Shown piece by piece: positions 17,183 through 25,446 of a DNA stretch of 64,000 nt (the stretch's first letter is position 1; the number at the start of each line of letters is the position of its first letter). Location of the stretch: the NCBI GenBank assembly GCA_035247945.1, contig DATFHX010000019.1:3808-67807 (forward strand), given 5' to 3'. Source of the DNA: Candidatus Saccharimonadales bacterium (GTDB lineage: Bacteria > Patescibacteriota > Saccharimonadia > Saccharimonadales > Saccharimonadaceae). The notes below the pieces were generated by a model. That model saw only the letters and a program-made list of their open reading frames with translations. It searched no databases and was not told the DNA's origin. Position numbers and translations under genes: made by a program.

Positions 17183-18427
17183 TCAGCGGTACTGGTGCGC
17201 CCGCGTCCGCAGCTCGCCCGTCTTCGTTTTACTCAAGACGAGCTGCGTCAGGCCCAGCTTGCCGTGACGGAACCCTGCCCAGGAGCCGATGAGCCAGAGA
17301 GTTCGCATCCGATAGAACTCCTCTCCGGTCATCTTCTCCATCTTGAAGGCATCTGCCATCTCGATGATCCCGGCCTTGTGCTGCGCGTGGTTTTCCCACC
17401 AGAGCTCAAGGGTACGCGCATAGTGCGGCGCGAGGTCCTCGGTCTCTTCGGAGTACCACCCCGCCGGCTCGGAGGACAGAGCGATCTGCGCCTTCGTCGG
17501 CAGATTCCCGCCCGGGAAGATATACCGATCCGTCCAGGCGTCCACACGACGAGCAGGATCCTGCTGCGTGATGGTGTGCAGAACGAACACACCGTCGTCA
17601 GCCAGTGCTCGGTGCATCACCCGGAAGAACAGACCGTAGTCTTTCTTGCCGACGTGCTCGAACATGCCGACCGAGACAATCCGGTCGAATTGCTCGTCCA
17701 CGTCCTGGTAGCCCAGCTTGCGGAATTCGACGCGCTCGGCAACCTCTTCTCGCTCAGCCAGCCTCCGCGCATATTCCAGCTGCTGATCACTGAGCGTGAT
17801 GCCGACCACACGCGCCTTGGGGGCGCGCTTGGCGATTTCTACCGCCAAGTGGCCCCAGCCGGAGCCCACATCGAGGACACGACCGTTCGGCCGCATACGG
17901 TCAAGCCGCAACTTGGCCACGATGTGGTCGACCTTCGCGTGCTGCGCTTCGTCCAGCGACATGTCCGACCGCGCGAAGTACGCACACGAATACAGCATCG
18001 TCGCGCCCAGGAATAGACCGTAATAGTCGTTCCCCAGATCGTAGTGATACGCGATGTTTCGCGCCTGATTCTGCTGCGCGTTACTCGACCCACGGTAGAG
18101 CTGCCGCCGGGCAGTGCGCGGAGCGTTCTTGGCGATCAGCTCGAAGAAAGAGAACAGCTCCTTCTCGCCGATGACCAGCGTGCCGCCCATGTACGCTTCG
18201 CCAACCGCCAGGCTGGCGTTCGCGGCGCAGGACAGCACAACCTTCGGATCGCTCACGGCAAGTCTCACCGAAGGACCGTCGGCACTCGTGCGGCCGACAT
18301 AGCGCCGCCTTCGGTCGTTCCAGTCGAGCAAATCGACCTGGCCATACTGCAAGCCTGCATGCATGATGCCGTCGAGCAGTACACCGGCCGCCTGGCGCGT
18401 GACATCGTCACGAAATGTGCGAGCCAC
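17183..18427 (-). CDS. Cyclopropane-fatty-acyl-phospholipid synthase / mycolic-acid cyclopropane synthase (CMAS) family SAM methyltransferase
   Basis: 414 aa. HYDLGNDYYGLFLG.TMLYSCAYF, SAM motif VLDVGSGWGHLAVEIA, SVGMFEHVGKKDY, IFPGGNLP, HYARTLELW. GTG start with GGAGG SD. Markedly GC-rich, with long antisense shadow ORFs. Confidence 0.9.
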   Translation of the reverse strand: MARTFRDDVTRQAAGVLLDGIMHAGLQYGQVDLLDWNDRRRRYVGRTSADGPSVRLAVSDPKVVLSCAANASLAVGEAYMGGTLVIGEKELFSFFELIAKNAPRTARRQLYRGSSNAQQNQARNIAYHYDLGNDYYGLFLGATMLYSCAYFARSDMSLDEAQHAKVDHIVAKLRLDRMRPNGRVLDVGSGWGHLAVEIAKRAPKARVVGITLSDQQLEYARRLAEREEVAERVEFRKLGYQDVDEQFDRIVSVGMFEHVGKKDYGLFFRVMHRALADDGVFVLHTITQQDPARRVDAWTDRYIFPGGNLPTKAQIALSSEPAGWYSEETEDLAPHYARTLELWWENHAQHKAGIIEMADAFKMEKMTGEEFYRMRTLWLIGSWAGFRHGKLGLTQLVLSKTKTGELRTRAHQYR

Positions 18428-18772
18428 GAAGGACCACCTCCTCGTCTTTCTTGATCCACTTTACGGACAAAAAATATTATACAAGGATTTAAGTGAGATA
18501 GATAGACTATTCGACGTCTATATCATCGGGCAACTGGCTGTGACGCTGCTCAACAAAATTACGAAGCTCTTCGATTGAACGTGGTCGATTCCAAGAATCG
18601 AGAAGTGTGTCATTTTCCATTTTTTGATGCCCTTTTGCGTTTTTTGTTTTTATGATCTTATAAATCTATTTAAGCATAATCTATATAAAAATGCAATAGT
18701 ATTATTGGCTGTTGTTTCTTACATAAAAAGAGCGTATGCTGATCCTTATACAGGTCAACCGCGGAGGTAAGC

Positions 18773-18910
18773 GTGACAACTCAACCATCTCAGCCAAAGC
18801 AGCCGCCGAAACCCGACACTCATCCGTGCACCTACGCCAAGGGTGGCGTTTGTCGCACATGGAAAAAGTGCGTGAGGACGTACTGCCGAGGCGCCGAGGG
18901 CGAGGACTGA
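18773..18910 (+). CDS. 45-aa Pro/Lys-rich peptide with four cysteines (micro-ORF)
   Basis: GGAGGT lies 6 nt upstream of GTG. Translation MTTQPSQPKQPPKPDTHPCTYAKGGVCRTWKKCVRTYCRGAEGED. TGA is followed 12 nt later by a perfect terminator. The competing 68-aa frame runs into the terminator stem. Confidence 0.45.
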   Translation: MTTQPSQPKQPPKPDTHPCTYAKGGVCRTWKKCVRTYCRGAEGED

Positions 18911-18922
18911 CGCATCCCTGTT

Positions 18923-18964
18923 GCCCTATGGCTGCATATTGATGCAGCCATAGGGCGGTTTTTT
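18923..18964 (+). terminator. Rho-independent terminator
   Basis: 15-bp perfect stem gccctatggctgcat/atgcagccatagggc, followed by ggtttttt. Confidence 0.85.
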
Positions 18965-18980
18965 AAATTGAGCATTGCTT

Positions 18981-19955
18981 ATGTCAGAACTACATCCAAA
19001 CCCAGAAAAGGAGCCTTCTCGCTCTGCCAGGCGCGAGCTTGCCCAGCGTGCGCTTGGCATTGAACGTCCGCGAATAACGCAAACGATTGAAGTGGATGGT
19101 CGCTCTGTTGAATATTACCGATCAGGAGATAGGCGGGCACACTCAATCTTCTTTCTTCATGGAAGCCCAGGCCACTGTACAGCACCACTCATTCGAACGT
19201 TTCGCCTTCATTTACTTGGGGTAGAAGCCCTTTCATATAGTCGTCCTGGATACGGAAGGTCGGATCGCCACGAGGGCCGTAGGATCGTGGATGAGGTCGC
19301 GCGGATCGAAGCCATTGCCGATCAGTGCGGCATTGAAACCTTTAGTGTTGTTGGACGATCTGGCGGCGGACCAAGCGCCCTTGCTACTGCTACGCTTCTC
19401 CCCGATCGAGTTAAAAGTGTCGCCGTTCTTGCCGGTCCAACTGCACCTCGTTTTCTCACTGCGCAAACTGAGCAGTGGAGTAGCGGTATGTCTGATGAAA
19501 ACACGAGAATTCATGACTACGCAGCTCGCCATCCAGAAAAGCTCCGTGAGGAAATGATAAGACTCTCTGAGGCCGTGAGCCATAATCCCCGTTTTCTTAT
19601 CGACTTTTTGCGCCCCCAAATGCACAAGAATGATATCGATATCGTCGATAGCACGCTCCAAACACTCCTGCTTCAATCGTATCGAAATGGAATCTCGAGT
19701 GCAGACCATACGGGATGGCTAGATGACACTATTGCTCTACATGATGACTGGGGTTTTGAGATTAGAGATATAGAAACCCCAACACTTCTCTGGTATGCGG
19801 AAAACGATCCTTTCTGTCCGCCGAAGCATGGTGTTTATTTCAAAGAACATATGCCGAGTGCGCATTTTAGTATTATGCCAAACAGTTCGCATTTTGATTC
19901 TTTTCGTGATCTAGAGAAAGTGGTCGCGTGGGTACGCGATAGCGCAGGATCATAA
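18981..19955 (+). CDS. Alpha/beta hydrolase fold protein
   Basis: HGSPG oxyanion region, nucleophile elbow VVGRSGGG, ENDPF (Asp), SSHF (His). ATG at 18981 within the ORF 18975..19955. Confidence 0.85.
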   Translation: MSELHPNPEKEPSRSARRELAQRALGIERPRITQTIEVDGRSVEYYRSGDRRAHSIFFLHGSPGHCTAPLIRTFRLHLLGVEALSYSRPGYGRSDRHEGRRIVDEVARIEAIADQCGIETFSVVGRSGGGPSALATATLLPDRVKSVAVLAGPTAPRFLTAQTEQWSSGMSDENTRIHDYAARHPEKLREEMIRLSEAVSHNPRFLIDFLRPQMHKNDIDIVDSTLQTLLLQSYRNGISSADHTGWLDDTIALHDDWGFEIRDIETPTLLWYAENDPFCPPKHGVYFKEHMPSAHFSIMPNSSHFDSFRDLEKVVAWVRDSAGS

Positions 19956-19973
19956 GCATGATAAAATACCTTT

Positions 19974-20996
19974 ATGGGCATCAAGAAAGATCAAGATCAC
20001 GCAGTTGAAGAACTTATTCGAACCGACCGGGAGGCATTTCGCGCCCAAGCCACTGAAGCATTAAAGCAATTTGGTCCCGAAGACCGCGAACGCGCCGCGA
20101 GTCTCGAAACCGATACCGTTACTGCCGACGATGTGCTTCGCGCCTGGGCACAGCAAATTGAGCCGATTCATAATGACCTTGAGGCTCAACGTGATGATAC
20201 ACGCTTCAAGAAATCGCTCATAAAACGGTTTGGGTTCACCGATAGTGAAGCGGATCGTATGGTAGATTATCTTATCGATGAACGTAAATCAGGCCTCCTT
20301 GATGAAGTACTTGGCAACCTCTACCCTGCCGAAAATGGTGACATTCCCTACCAGCGAAACTACGCCTACGAACTACTTACGAGTTCAGATACGGAACTTA
20401 ACGACTATTTCGCTCGTTATATCGACTTTGTTACTGCACTCGACGCAGCTGAAAAACACGATGTCCTACTCTGTGACCCTCATGGATCGTGGCTTGAACG
20501 ACAGCGCGCTGCGATCCAGATTAATAAAGAAAGGCAGCGCCTCGTCCAGGATGAAGATGAGCGGCTTGAGGAAATTCATAGGCAGCTCCAAAAGCTTGTC
20601 GGCGATCCTGAAAGCCTCGTTGGTCCAATCGCAGCAAAGCACTGGAACTTCATTACCATTCTCGATCTGCGCGCTAAGTACCAAAAACACATCGACGCAC
20701 TTTCTAAAACTGATGCCAAAAACCCGACAAAACGACTGCGTCTTTTTGAACGCGTCACTCAAAGTTTCCGCGACCGTGAAGCCGAGAAGCTCGTGCACGC
20801 TCATAAGACGCATAGCCTCAAGGCAACACGTAAGATTAATGAAGATATTTACGACCTTCTCCTGGAGATTTTTGACCTTGATGCAACCCATCGTAATCGT
20901 CTCCTTATGGACATTCAGAGGCACACTCGCCTGACTCAGGAACGTGACTTAATCCTCCTTATTCAGCGTAACCGCGAACAGTTCCTAGCGAAATAA
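19974..20996 (+). CDS. Hypothetical charged, helical protein
   Basis: 340 aa, E/R/K/D-rich, no recognised motif. Starts 18 nt after the hydrolase gene. Confidence 0.7.
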   Translation: MGIKKDQDHAVEELIRTDREAFRAQATEALKQFGPEDRERAASLETDTVTADDVLRAWAQQIEPIHNDLEAQRDDTRFKKSLIKRFGFTDSEADRMVDYLIDERKSGLLDEVLGNLYPAENGDIPYQRNYAYELLTSSDTELNDYFARYIDFVTALDAAEKHDVLLCDPHGSWLERQRAAIQINKERQRLVQDEDERLEEIHRQLQKLVGDPESLVGPIAAKHWNFITILDLRAKYQKHIDALSKTDAKNPTKRLRLFERVTQSFRDREAEKLVHAHKTHSLKATRKINEDIYDLLLEIFDLDATHRNRLLMDIQRHTRLTQERDLILLIQRNREQFLAK

Positions 20997-21069
20997 ATAG
21001 CTTTGACCAGTCTAGACCGCTTATGGTATAACTTAGTGTAAGGGGCAGCTTAAATAAACACCGTATTCA

Positions 21070-21786
21070 ATGATATATTCGCTCGCTATCGTCGCCTTTG
21101 CAGCACTCATCCATGCTAGCTTCCAGCTGAGCGTGAGTGTTTTAACACTTCTTAGTGGCCACGCGATAGGATCGAAGACATCACATATGAAACTCCTTCG
21201 ACTTACATCAAGTTTTCTTTCTGGAGCTGCCATTATGACCGCACTGCTTCTCACGTTTGTCGCCTACCTTGCGCAGCATCTTTTTGGCGTCGAAGCCCCA
21301 GGATTTGCCTGGGCAATTGCTTGCGGGCTCCTTCTTGGTCTCGGTATTGCCGTATGGGTCTTCTACTACCGCCGTGAACCAGGTACAAGCCTTTGGCTTC
21401 CACGTGGCATGGCAAGGCATCTTAGTGATCGAACAAAAGCAACAAAATTAAGTGCCGAAGCTTTCAATCTGGGGCTTGGAAGTGTACTTGCAGAGATTCT
21501 TTTTATTCTTGCACCAGTTACCGTAAGTGCATTTGTGCTTATCCAGCTATCTCCTGGTATGCAGCTTGTAGGAGTTTTGCTCTACCTTTTCATCTCTCTG
21601 CTTCCCCTCCTTATCGTATGGGCACTTATTGGAGGTGGACACAAGCTTAGTGAGATTCAAAAATGGCGTGAGGATAACAAGCGGTTTTTGCAGTTTGCGG
21701 CCGGAAGTGGCCTTATCGTGCTTGGGTTCTACGTATACGTCCAAGAAGTCGTGAGTGTTGCAGCACTTGCTCATGGAGGAGTCTAA
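21070..21786 (+). CDS. Polytopic membrane protein, unknown function
   Basis: 238 aa with about six hydrophobic helices. Confidence 0.7.
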   Translation: MIYSLAIVAFAALIHASFQLSVSVLTLLSGHAIGSKTSHMKLLRLTSSFLSGAAIMTALLLTFVAYLAQHLFGVEAPGFAWAIACGLLLGLGIAVWVFYYRREPGTSLWLPRGMARHLSDRTKATKLSAEAFNLGLGSVLAEILFILAPVTVSAFVLIQLSPGMQLVGVLLYLFISLLPLLIVWALIGGGHKLSEIQKWREDNKRFLQFAAGSGLIVLGFYVYVQEVVSVAALAHGGV

Positions 21787-21787
21787 T

Positions 21788-22072
21788 ATGACCGACCTCA
21801 TTCACATCATAAAAAGAGATGGCGAGCGACAAAGTGAGACCTTTGATGAGACGAAACTCTTTCGCAGCATACAAGCCGCCTGCCTCAGTGTCCGCAGTCC
21901 TGAGGGAGAAGCCGAGATGATTGCCGAACGTGTCTGCCGTGCGGTTACACAGTGGCTCACTACCCGCCCCGAAGTAACCAGTAGCGATCTACGCCGAAAA
22001 GCGACCGAAACCCTGATGATCCACCACCCTGAAGCCGCCTATCTATATAAACACCACAGACTTGTCATATAA
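21788..22072 (+). CDS. Stand-alone ATP-cone domain protein
   Basis: MTDLIHIIKRDGERQSETFDETKLFRSIQAACLSV... is the ATP-cone pattern (V.KRDG....F...KI..SI). ATG at 21788. Confidence 0.72.
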   Translation: MTDLIHIIKRDGERQSETFDETKLFRSIQAACLSVRSPEGEAEMIAERVCRAVTQWLTTRPEVTSSDLRRKATETLMIHHPEAAYLYKHHRLVI

Positions 22073-22083
22073 AGGAGAACACC

Positions 22084-23460
22084 GTGGCCAAAAAACACAC
22101 ATTTGATTACGACCTGATAGTTATCGGCAGCGGTGCCGGCGGAAGTGCGGCTGCAACCATTGCCGCACGGGCTGGTAAGCGAGTTGCCGTTATTGAAGCA
22201 GCGACCTTTGGTGGTGAGTCGCCCAACTGGGGAGATGTTCCGACCAAGGCACTTCTTCATGCCGCCCAACTCTACGACGAAGCCAAGCACGGTGCACGGT
22301 TTGGCATCCGTTCTTCTATGCTTGGATACAACTACCCTTCTCTTCACGCCTGGAAAGATCTTACTGTTAAGCGTACGGGCGCAGGGGGCAACCGTCGCTA
22401 CTACGAGAACGAAGGAATTAGTGCCTTTAACGGGATTGCTCATTTCCTCACCCCTAATGAAATTAGTATTAACCGACGCCACCTTTCAGCGGAGTATTTC
22501 CTAGTAGCAACAGGTGCACATATCGAAGTGCCTCCCATTCCAGGTCTTGAGAATGTAAAATACCTTACTCCACGGACTATCCTCGAGACGACACGTCCAC
22601 CAAAAAGCCTGTTTGTTATTGGCGGTGGCACAACAGGAGTGGAACTATCACAACTCATGGCTATTTTTGGAACGAAGGTATATTTAGCCGAAATCGCTGG
22701 TCGTATCCTTCCTCAAGAAGACGAAGAGGTTGGTGTTCTCATGGAACGCATCCTCAAAGAACAAAAAGGGGTCACTCCGCTCACACAAACGCGTATCGTC
22801 TCCATTGTAAAAGACGGAGTTGGTAAGCGCGTCACCTTTAACCGAGGAGGAGTAGAGAAATCGGTCCATGTTGACGAGATTCTTATTGCAACAGGCCGCG
22901 TACCAACCGTTGATCTTGGTCTGGAAAACGCGAGTGTCGACTACACCCCCAAGGGTATCGAGGTCAACGAGTATCTCCAGACAAGCGCTCGTCATATCTT
23001 TGCGGCAGGTGAAGTACTTGGCCGCGGTAGCCCAACGCACACCGCCCTGCTCGAAAGTCGCGTGGTAGCGCATAATATCCTGCATCCGAAATCCCGAACA
23101 TCACCAAGCTACGAAGCAACTCCTCGCATCACCTTCACCTACCCGGGCGTTGCGTCCGTAGGGCTTACCGAAGATGACTGCATTAAGCGTGACCTCCGCA
23201 TTAATAAGGCAATTGCGCCGCTTAATATCGTCGCTCGGAGTAACACCTCTGATTTTCGTGATGGATTCGTGAAGGTTATCTCAGATAAGCGAGGCACGAT
23301 CATCGGTGCAACCGTTGTTGCTCCTCATGCGGCAGAGATTATTCATGAGCTTGTCCTTGCAGTCAAACATGAACTTACCGCCGTCGATGTCGCAAGTACA
23401 CCGCACGCTTTCCTGAGTTGGAGTGAAGCAGTACGCGTCGCATGCGCGAAACTATCTTAG
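22084..23460 (+). CDS. FAD-dependent pyridine nucleotide-disulfide oxidoreductase family protein (Lpd/GR-like) lacking the redox-active CxxxxC
   Basis: 458 aa. FAD GxGxxG (VIGSGAGGSAAA), NAD(P) site VIGGGTTGVELS, C-terminal dimerisation domain. The canonical GGTCLNVGCIPSK is replaced by GGESPNWGDVPTK. Confidence 0.85.
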   Translation: MAKKHTFDYDLIVIGSGAGGSAAATIAARAGKRVAVIEAATFGGESPNWGDVPTKALLHAAQLYDEAKHGARFGIRSSMLGYNYPSLHAWKDLTVKRTGAGGNRRYYENEGISAFNGIAHFLTPNEISINRRHLSAEYFLVATGAHIEVPPIPGLENVKYLTPRTILETTRPPKSLFVIGGGTTGVELSQLMAIFGTKVYLAEIAGRILPQEDEEVGVLMERILKEQKGVTPLTQTRIVSIVKDGVGKRVTFNRGGVEKSVHVDEILIATGRVPTVDLGLENASVDYTPKGIEVNEYLQTSARHIFAAGEVLGRGSPTHTALLESRVVAHNILHPKSRTSPSYEATPRITFTYPGVASVGLTEDDCIKRDLRINKAIAPLNIVARSNTSDFRDGFVKVISDKRGTIIGATVVAPHAAEIIHELVLAVKHELTAVDVASTPHAFLSWSEAVRVACAKLS

Positions 23461-23466
23461 AAATAC

Positions 23467-23495
23467 TTGCAAATACATAGCATATTTGATAAAAT
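23467..23495 (+). promoter_or_regulatory. Putative sigma-70 promoter of tRNA-fMet
   Basis: TTGCAA-17 nt-TAAAAT with TG extension. The -10 ends about 11 nt before the tRNA 5' end. Confidence 0.45.
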
Positions 23496-23506
23496 AGGCA
23501 ATGTAT

Positions 23507-23584
23507 CGCGGGGTGGAGCAGTCTGGTCAGCTCGTTGGGCTCATAACCCAAAGGTCGTAGGTTCAAATCCTACCCCCGCAACCA
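23507..23584 (+). tRNA. Initiator tRNA-fMet (CAT)
   Basis: CGCGGGG...CCCCGCA acceptor with C1xA72 mismatch. Anticodon stem ends in three G:C pairs (TTGGG CTCATAA CCCAA). T-loop TTCAAAT. CCA encoded. Confidence 0.92.
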
Positions 23585-23725
23585 AGAAAGATTTCGAAAG
23601 CTCTTCGGAGTCTTTTTTAGTTGACACTCTATAAATCTGATTTGGTCGACTCAAACTATGGTTCTCGCGTCTCGGGAACCTTGAAGGTTTTTTCATCCCT
23701 CTAACGTAGGAGATTCTTCTTACTC

Positions 23726-23754
23726 TTGCAAAATTATTAACTATATATGATAAT
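23726..23754 (+). promoter_or_regulatory. Putative promoter in front of the GC-rich ORF 23823..24194
   Basis: TTGCAA-17 nt-GATAAT in an AT-rich stretch, the same architecture as the tRNA-fMet promoter. Confidence 0.4.
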
Positions 23755-23822
23755 CTTTGAGACGCGGCCAATCCGCGTTATATCTGCACCTACAGATACC
23801 CTTCTCGTGAATCGAGAGAACA

Positions 23823-24194
23823 ATGGGCAAGTTCATGGACTTCATGGATGCCGCGGCGTACATCATGTACGGCGTGGACACGAAGGCCGAGCGTCAGAAG
23901 AGGAACGCGAGGCGGGGGCGTCCCATCGGCAAATCCGCTTACGGGCAGAACACCCGTAGCGGCGCCTACGGTCGTGGCACCTACAGCTTCGACGAGGGTA
24001 CGTACGACGGCCTGCCCGCGATCGGTCGCCACCGCGACGGCGTCTACGAGGTGTTCTACCAGGCGGGTGCCGTCGACATCGACGACGAGAACCACGGTCA
24101 CGTCATCATGGCAAGCGAGGGCGGCGAGGTCATCTACCACCGTCGTCCCAACGAGAGCACCCCCATCGTCGACAAGCGTAAAACCAAGGGCTAG
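23823..24194 (+). CDS. Hypothetical protein (GC-rich islet, orphan)
   Basis: 123 aa. Almost every codon ends in G/C in this frame. The alternative ORFs 23790..24230(-) and 23848..(+) are shadows. Confidence 0.6.
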   Translation: MGKFMDFMDAAAYIMYGVDTKAERQKRNARRGRPIGKSAYGQNTRSGAYGRGTYSFDEGTYDGLPAIGRHRDGVYEVFYQAGAVDIDDENHGHVIMASEGGEVIYHRRPNESTPIVDKRKTKG

Positions 24195-24270
24195 CGGCCC
24201 TCCAGACCTGAGCCATGTCTGGATTATCAAAAACTGGCTTGTTTTTATTTTAGACAGTATAATTACTTCT

Positions 24271-24699
24271 ATGCTTGAATCAACAGGAGAGATATTCAGT
24301 CACTACATTGGCAGAGTGTCGTTTTATACAATCAACTCAGTCGAGATGGTTCGTGGCCAGAACCCTGAAGATCGGTACTATTTGTGCAATATCGATAAGA
24401 GATGGTTTGTCGTCTACGAAACCGACTTTATCCATTCGCTCGCCAAAGTACTCGAGGAAGCTATAGAGATTTATGGAGATGATGAGCTCTTTCCATTGCA
24501 CTGGTTAGTGAAAAAAGAGAGTCAGAACGACACTACAGAAACGACAATTCCTCTATACGGCCCATCCTTAGAGGACCACTACGAAGATATTGTACTCGCC
24601 CAGAGTGGAACCTACTTGCGCCAAGCTGTTATTGAGTTCGCCTCTTCAACTGAAGACCAAAAGCGATACAATCCAAATACCTACGGCTCCCACTCATAA
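24271..24699 (+). CDS. Hypothetical protein
   Basis: ATG at 24271, inside the composite ORF 23848..24699. Native GC. No motif recognised. Confidence 0.6.
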   Translation: MLESTGEIFSHYIGRVSFYTINSVEMVRGQNPEDRYYLCNIDKRWFVVYETDFIHSLAKVLEEAIEIYGDDELFPLHWLVKKESQNDTTETTIPLYGPSLEDHYEDIVLAQSGTYLRQAVIEFASSTEDQKRYNPNTYGSHS

Positions 24700-24723
24700 T
24701 TGTATCCTTGCTATAGTGAGAGT

Positions 24724-24936
24724 ATGCAACCAGCGTCGAACCAAAACCGAAGAATAGTCATTGCCGCGCTTGGCGGTGGAGCACTCTGCCTCTTCCTTTA
24801 CAAGCTATACCTCTACATTTTTGATAGAGTGCAATTCGAAGACTCTAATGCCCTTGTCTCACTTGTGATCTTTATCGCGGCTTCAATCCTTGTATTTATC
24901 GTCCTAAAACTCATACAACGACATTCTCGCTCATAG
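24724..24936 (+). CDS. Small two-TM membrane protein
   Basis: 70 aa from ATG at 24724. Two hydrophobic helices. Confidence 0.45.
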   Translation: MQPASNQNRRIVIAALGGGALCLFLYKLYLYIFDRVQFEDSNALVSLVIFIAASILVFIVLKLIQRHSRS

Positions 24937-24944
24937 ACAACTGT

Positions 24945-25388
24945 TTACTGCTTTTCGTGGTTACCACCGAAGAGGAAATTAACCCACTGCGCCATATTAC
25001 TTGGTGTCTTCGCAACTTGAGGAGTTGTCTCTCCTTTTACTTGGCTGTCCGCATTTTTTGCCTGGGCGGTATTTGGCGGAAGGAAAAGTACCTTTTCGCC
25101 TGGTTTTACAAGTCCGGTACGCTGACGAAGGGCAAGCTCCTTGTACTCATCACTCTGGTAATATTTCTGTTCGAACTGCAGGCTCTGTACTTCAAGTTCG
25201 GCGAGGAGTGAGTCGCGCTTCTTGCTATCGACTTCCTTTTGCAGAGCAAAGTTACGCTGCATCATACCAACCGATCCCCATGCCCAACCAATGCCGATAA
25301 GAAGCGCAACCACAATAACGATGTTATTCAGCGTCAGATACTGATGCCGAATATGATAATAAATTCTACGAATGTTTATTTTCTTCAT
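24945..25388 (-). CDS. Septum formation initiator family protein (FtsB/DivIC-like)
   Basis: Single N-terminal TM, then a coiled coil and ...YYQSDEYKELALRQRTGLVKPGEKVLF, typical of the DivIC/FtsB family. Confidence 0.72.
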   Translation of the reverse strand: MKKINIRRIYYHIRHQYLTLNNIVIVVALLIGIGWAWGSVGMMQRNFALQKEVDSKKRDSLLAELEVQSLQFEQKYYQSDEYKELALRQRTGLVKPGEKVLFLPPNTAQAKNADSQVKGETTPQVAKTPSNMAQWVNFLFGGNHEKQ

Positions 25389-25446
25389 TGCTTCCCTGGT
25401 AATAGTATAGCCCAACAGATTGAAATAGGCTATAATGGCGAGGAGC

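Noticed and set aside
17195-18016. 273-aa plus-strand ORF, together with 17329..17592, 17605..17793, 17796..18023, 17839..18093, 18044..18454 and others
   Set aside because: These lie antisense to, or in alternate frames of, the clearly motif-bearing CMAS methyltransferase. Long spurious ORFs are expected in high-GC DNA. They have no motifs and their amino-acid composition is Arg/Pro/Ala-biased.
18507-18620. 37-aa minus-strand ORF (MENDTLLDSWNRPRSIEELRNFVEQRHSQLPDDIDVE) upstream of the methyltransferase gene
   Set aside because: The SD is weak, there is no motif, and it is too short to support without conservation or expression data.
18736-18942. 68-aa ORF from the track, overlapping the 45-aa Cys-rich micro-ORF
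   Set aside because: It has no SD, an Arg-rich low-complexity translation, and a 3' end that runs into the terminator stem. The GTG-initiated 45-aa frame with GGAGG is the better model.
23790-24270. 146-aa minus-strand ORF, and the 5' half of the 283-aa plus-strand ORF 23848..24699
   Set aside because: These are alternate frames over the GC-rich gene 23823..24194, which has the G/C-ending codon pattern. The 283-aa ORF is a fusion artefact; its real part starts at ATG 24271.
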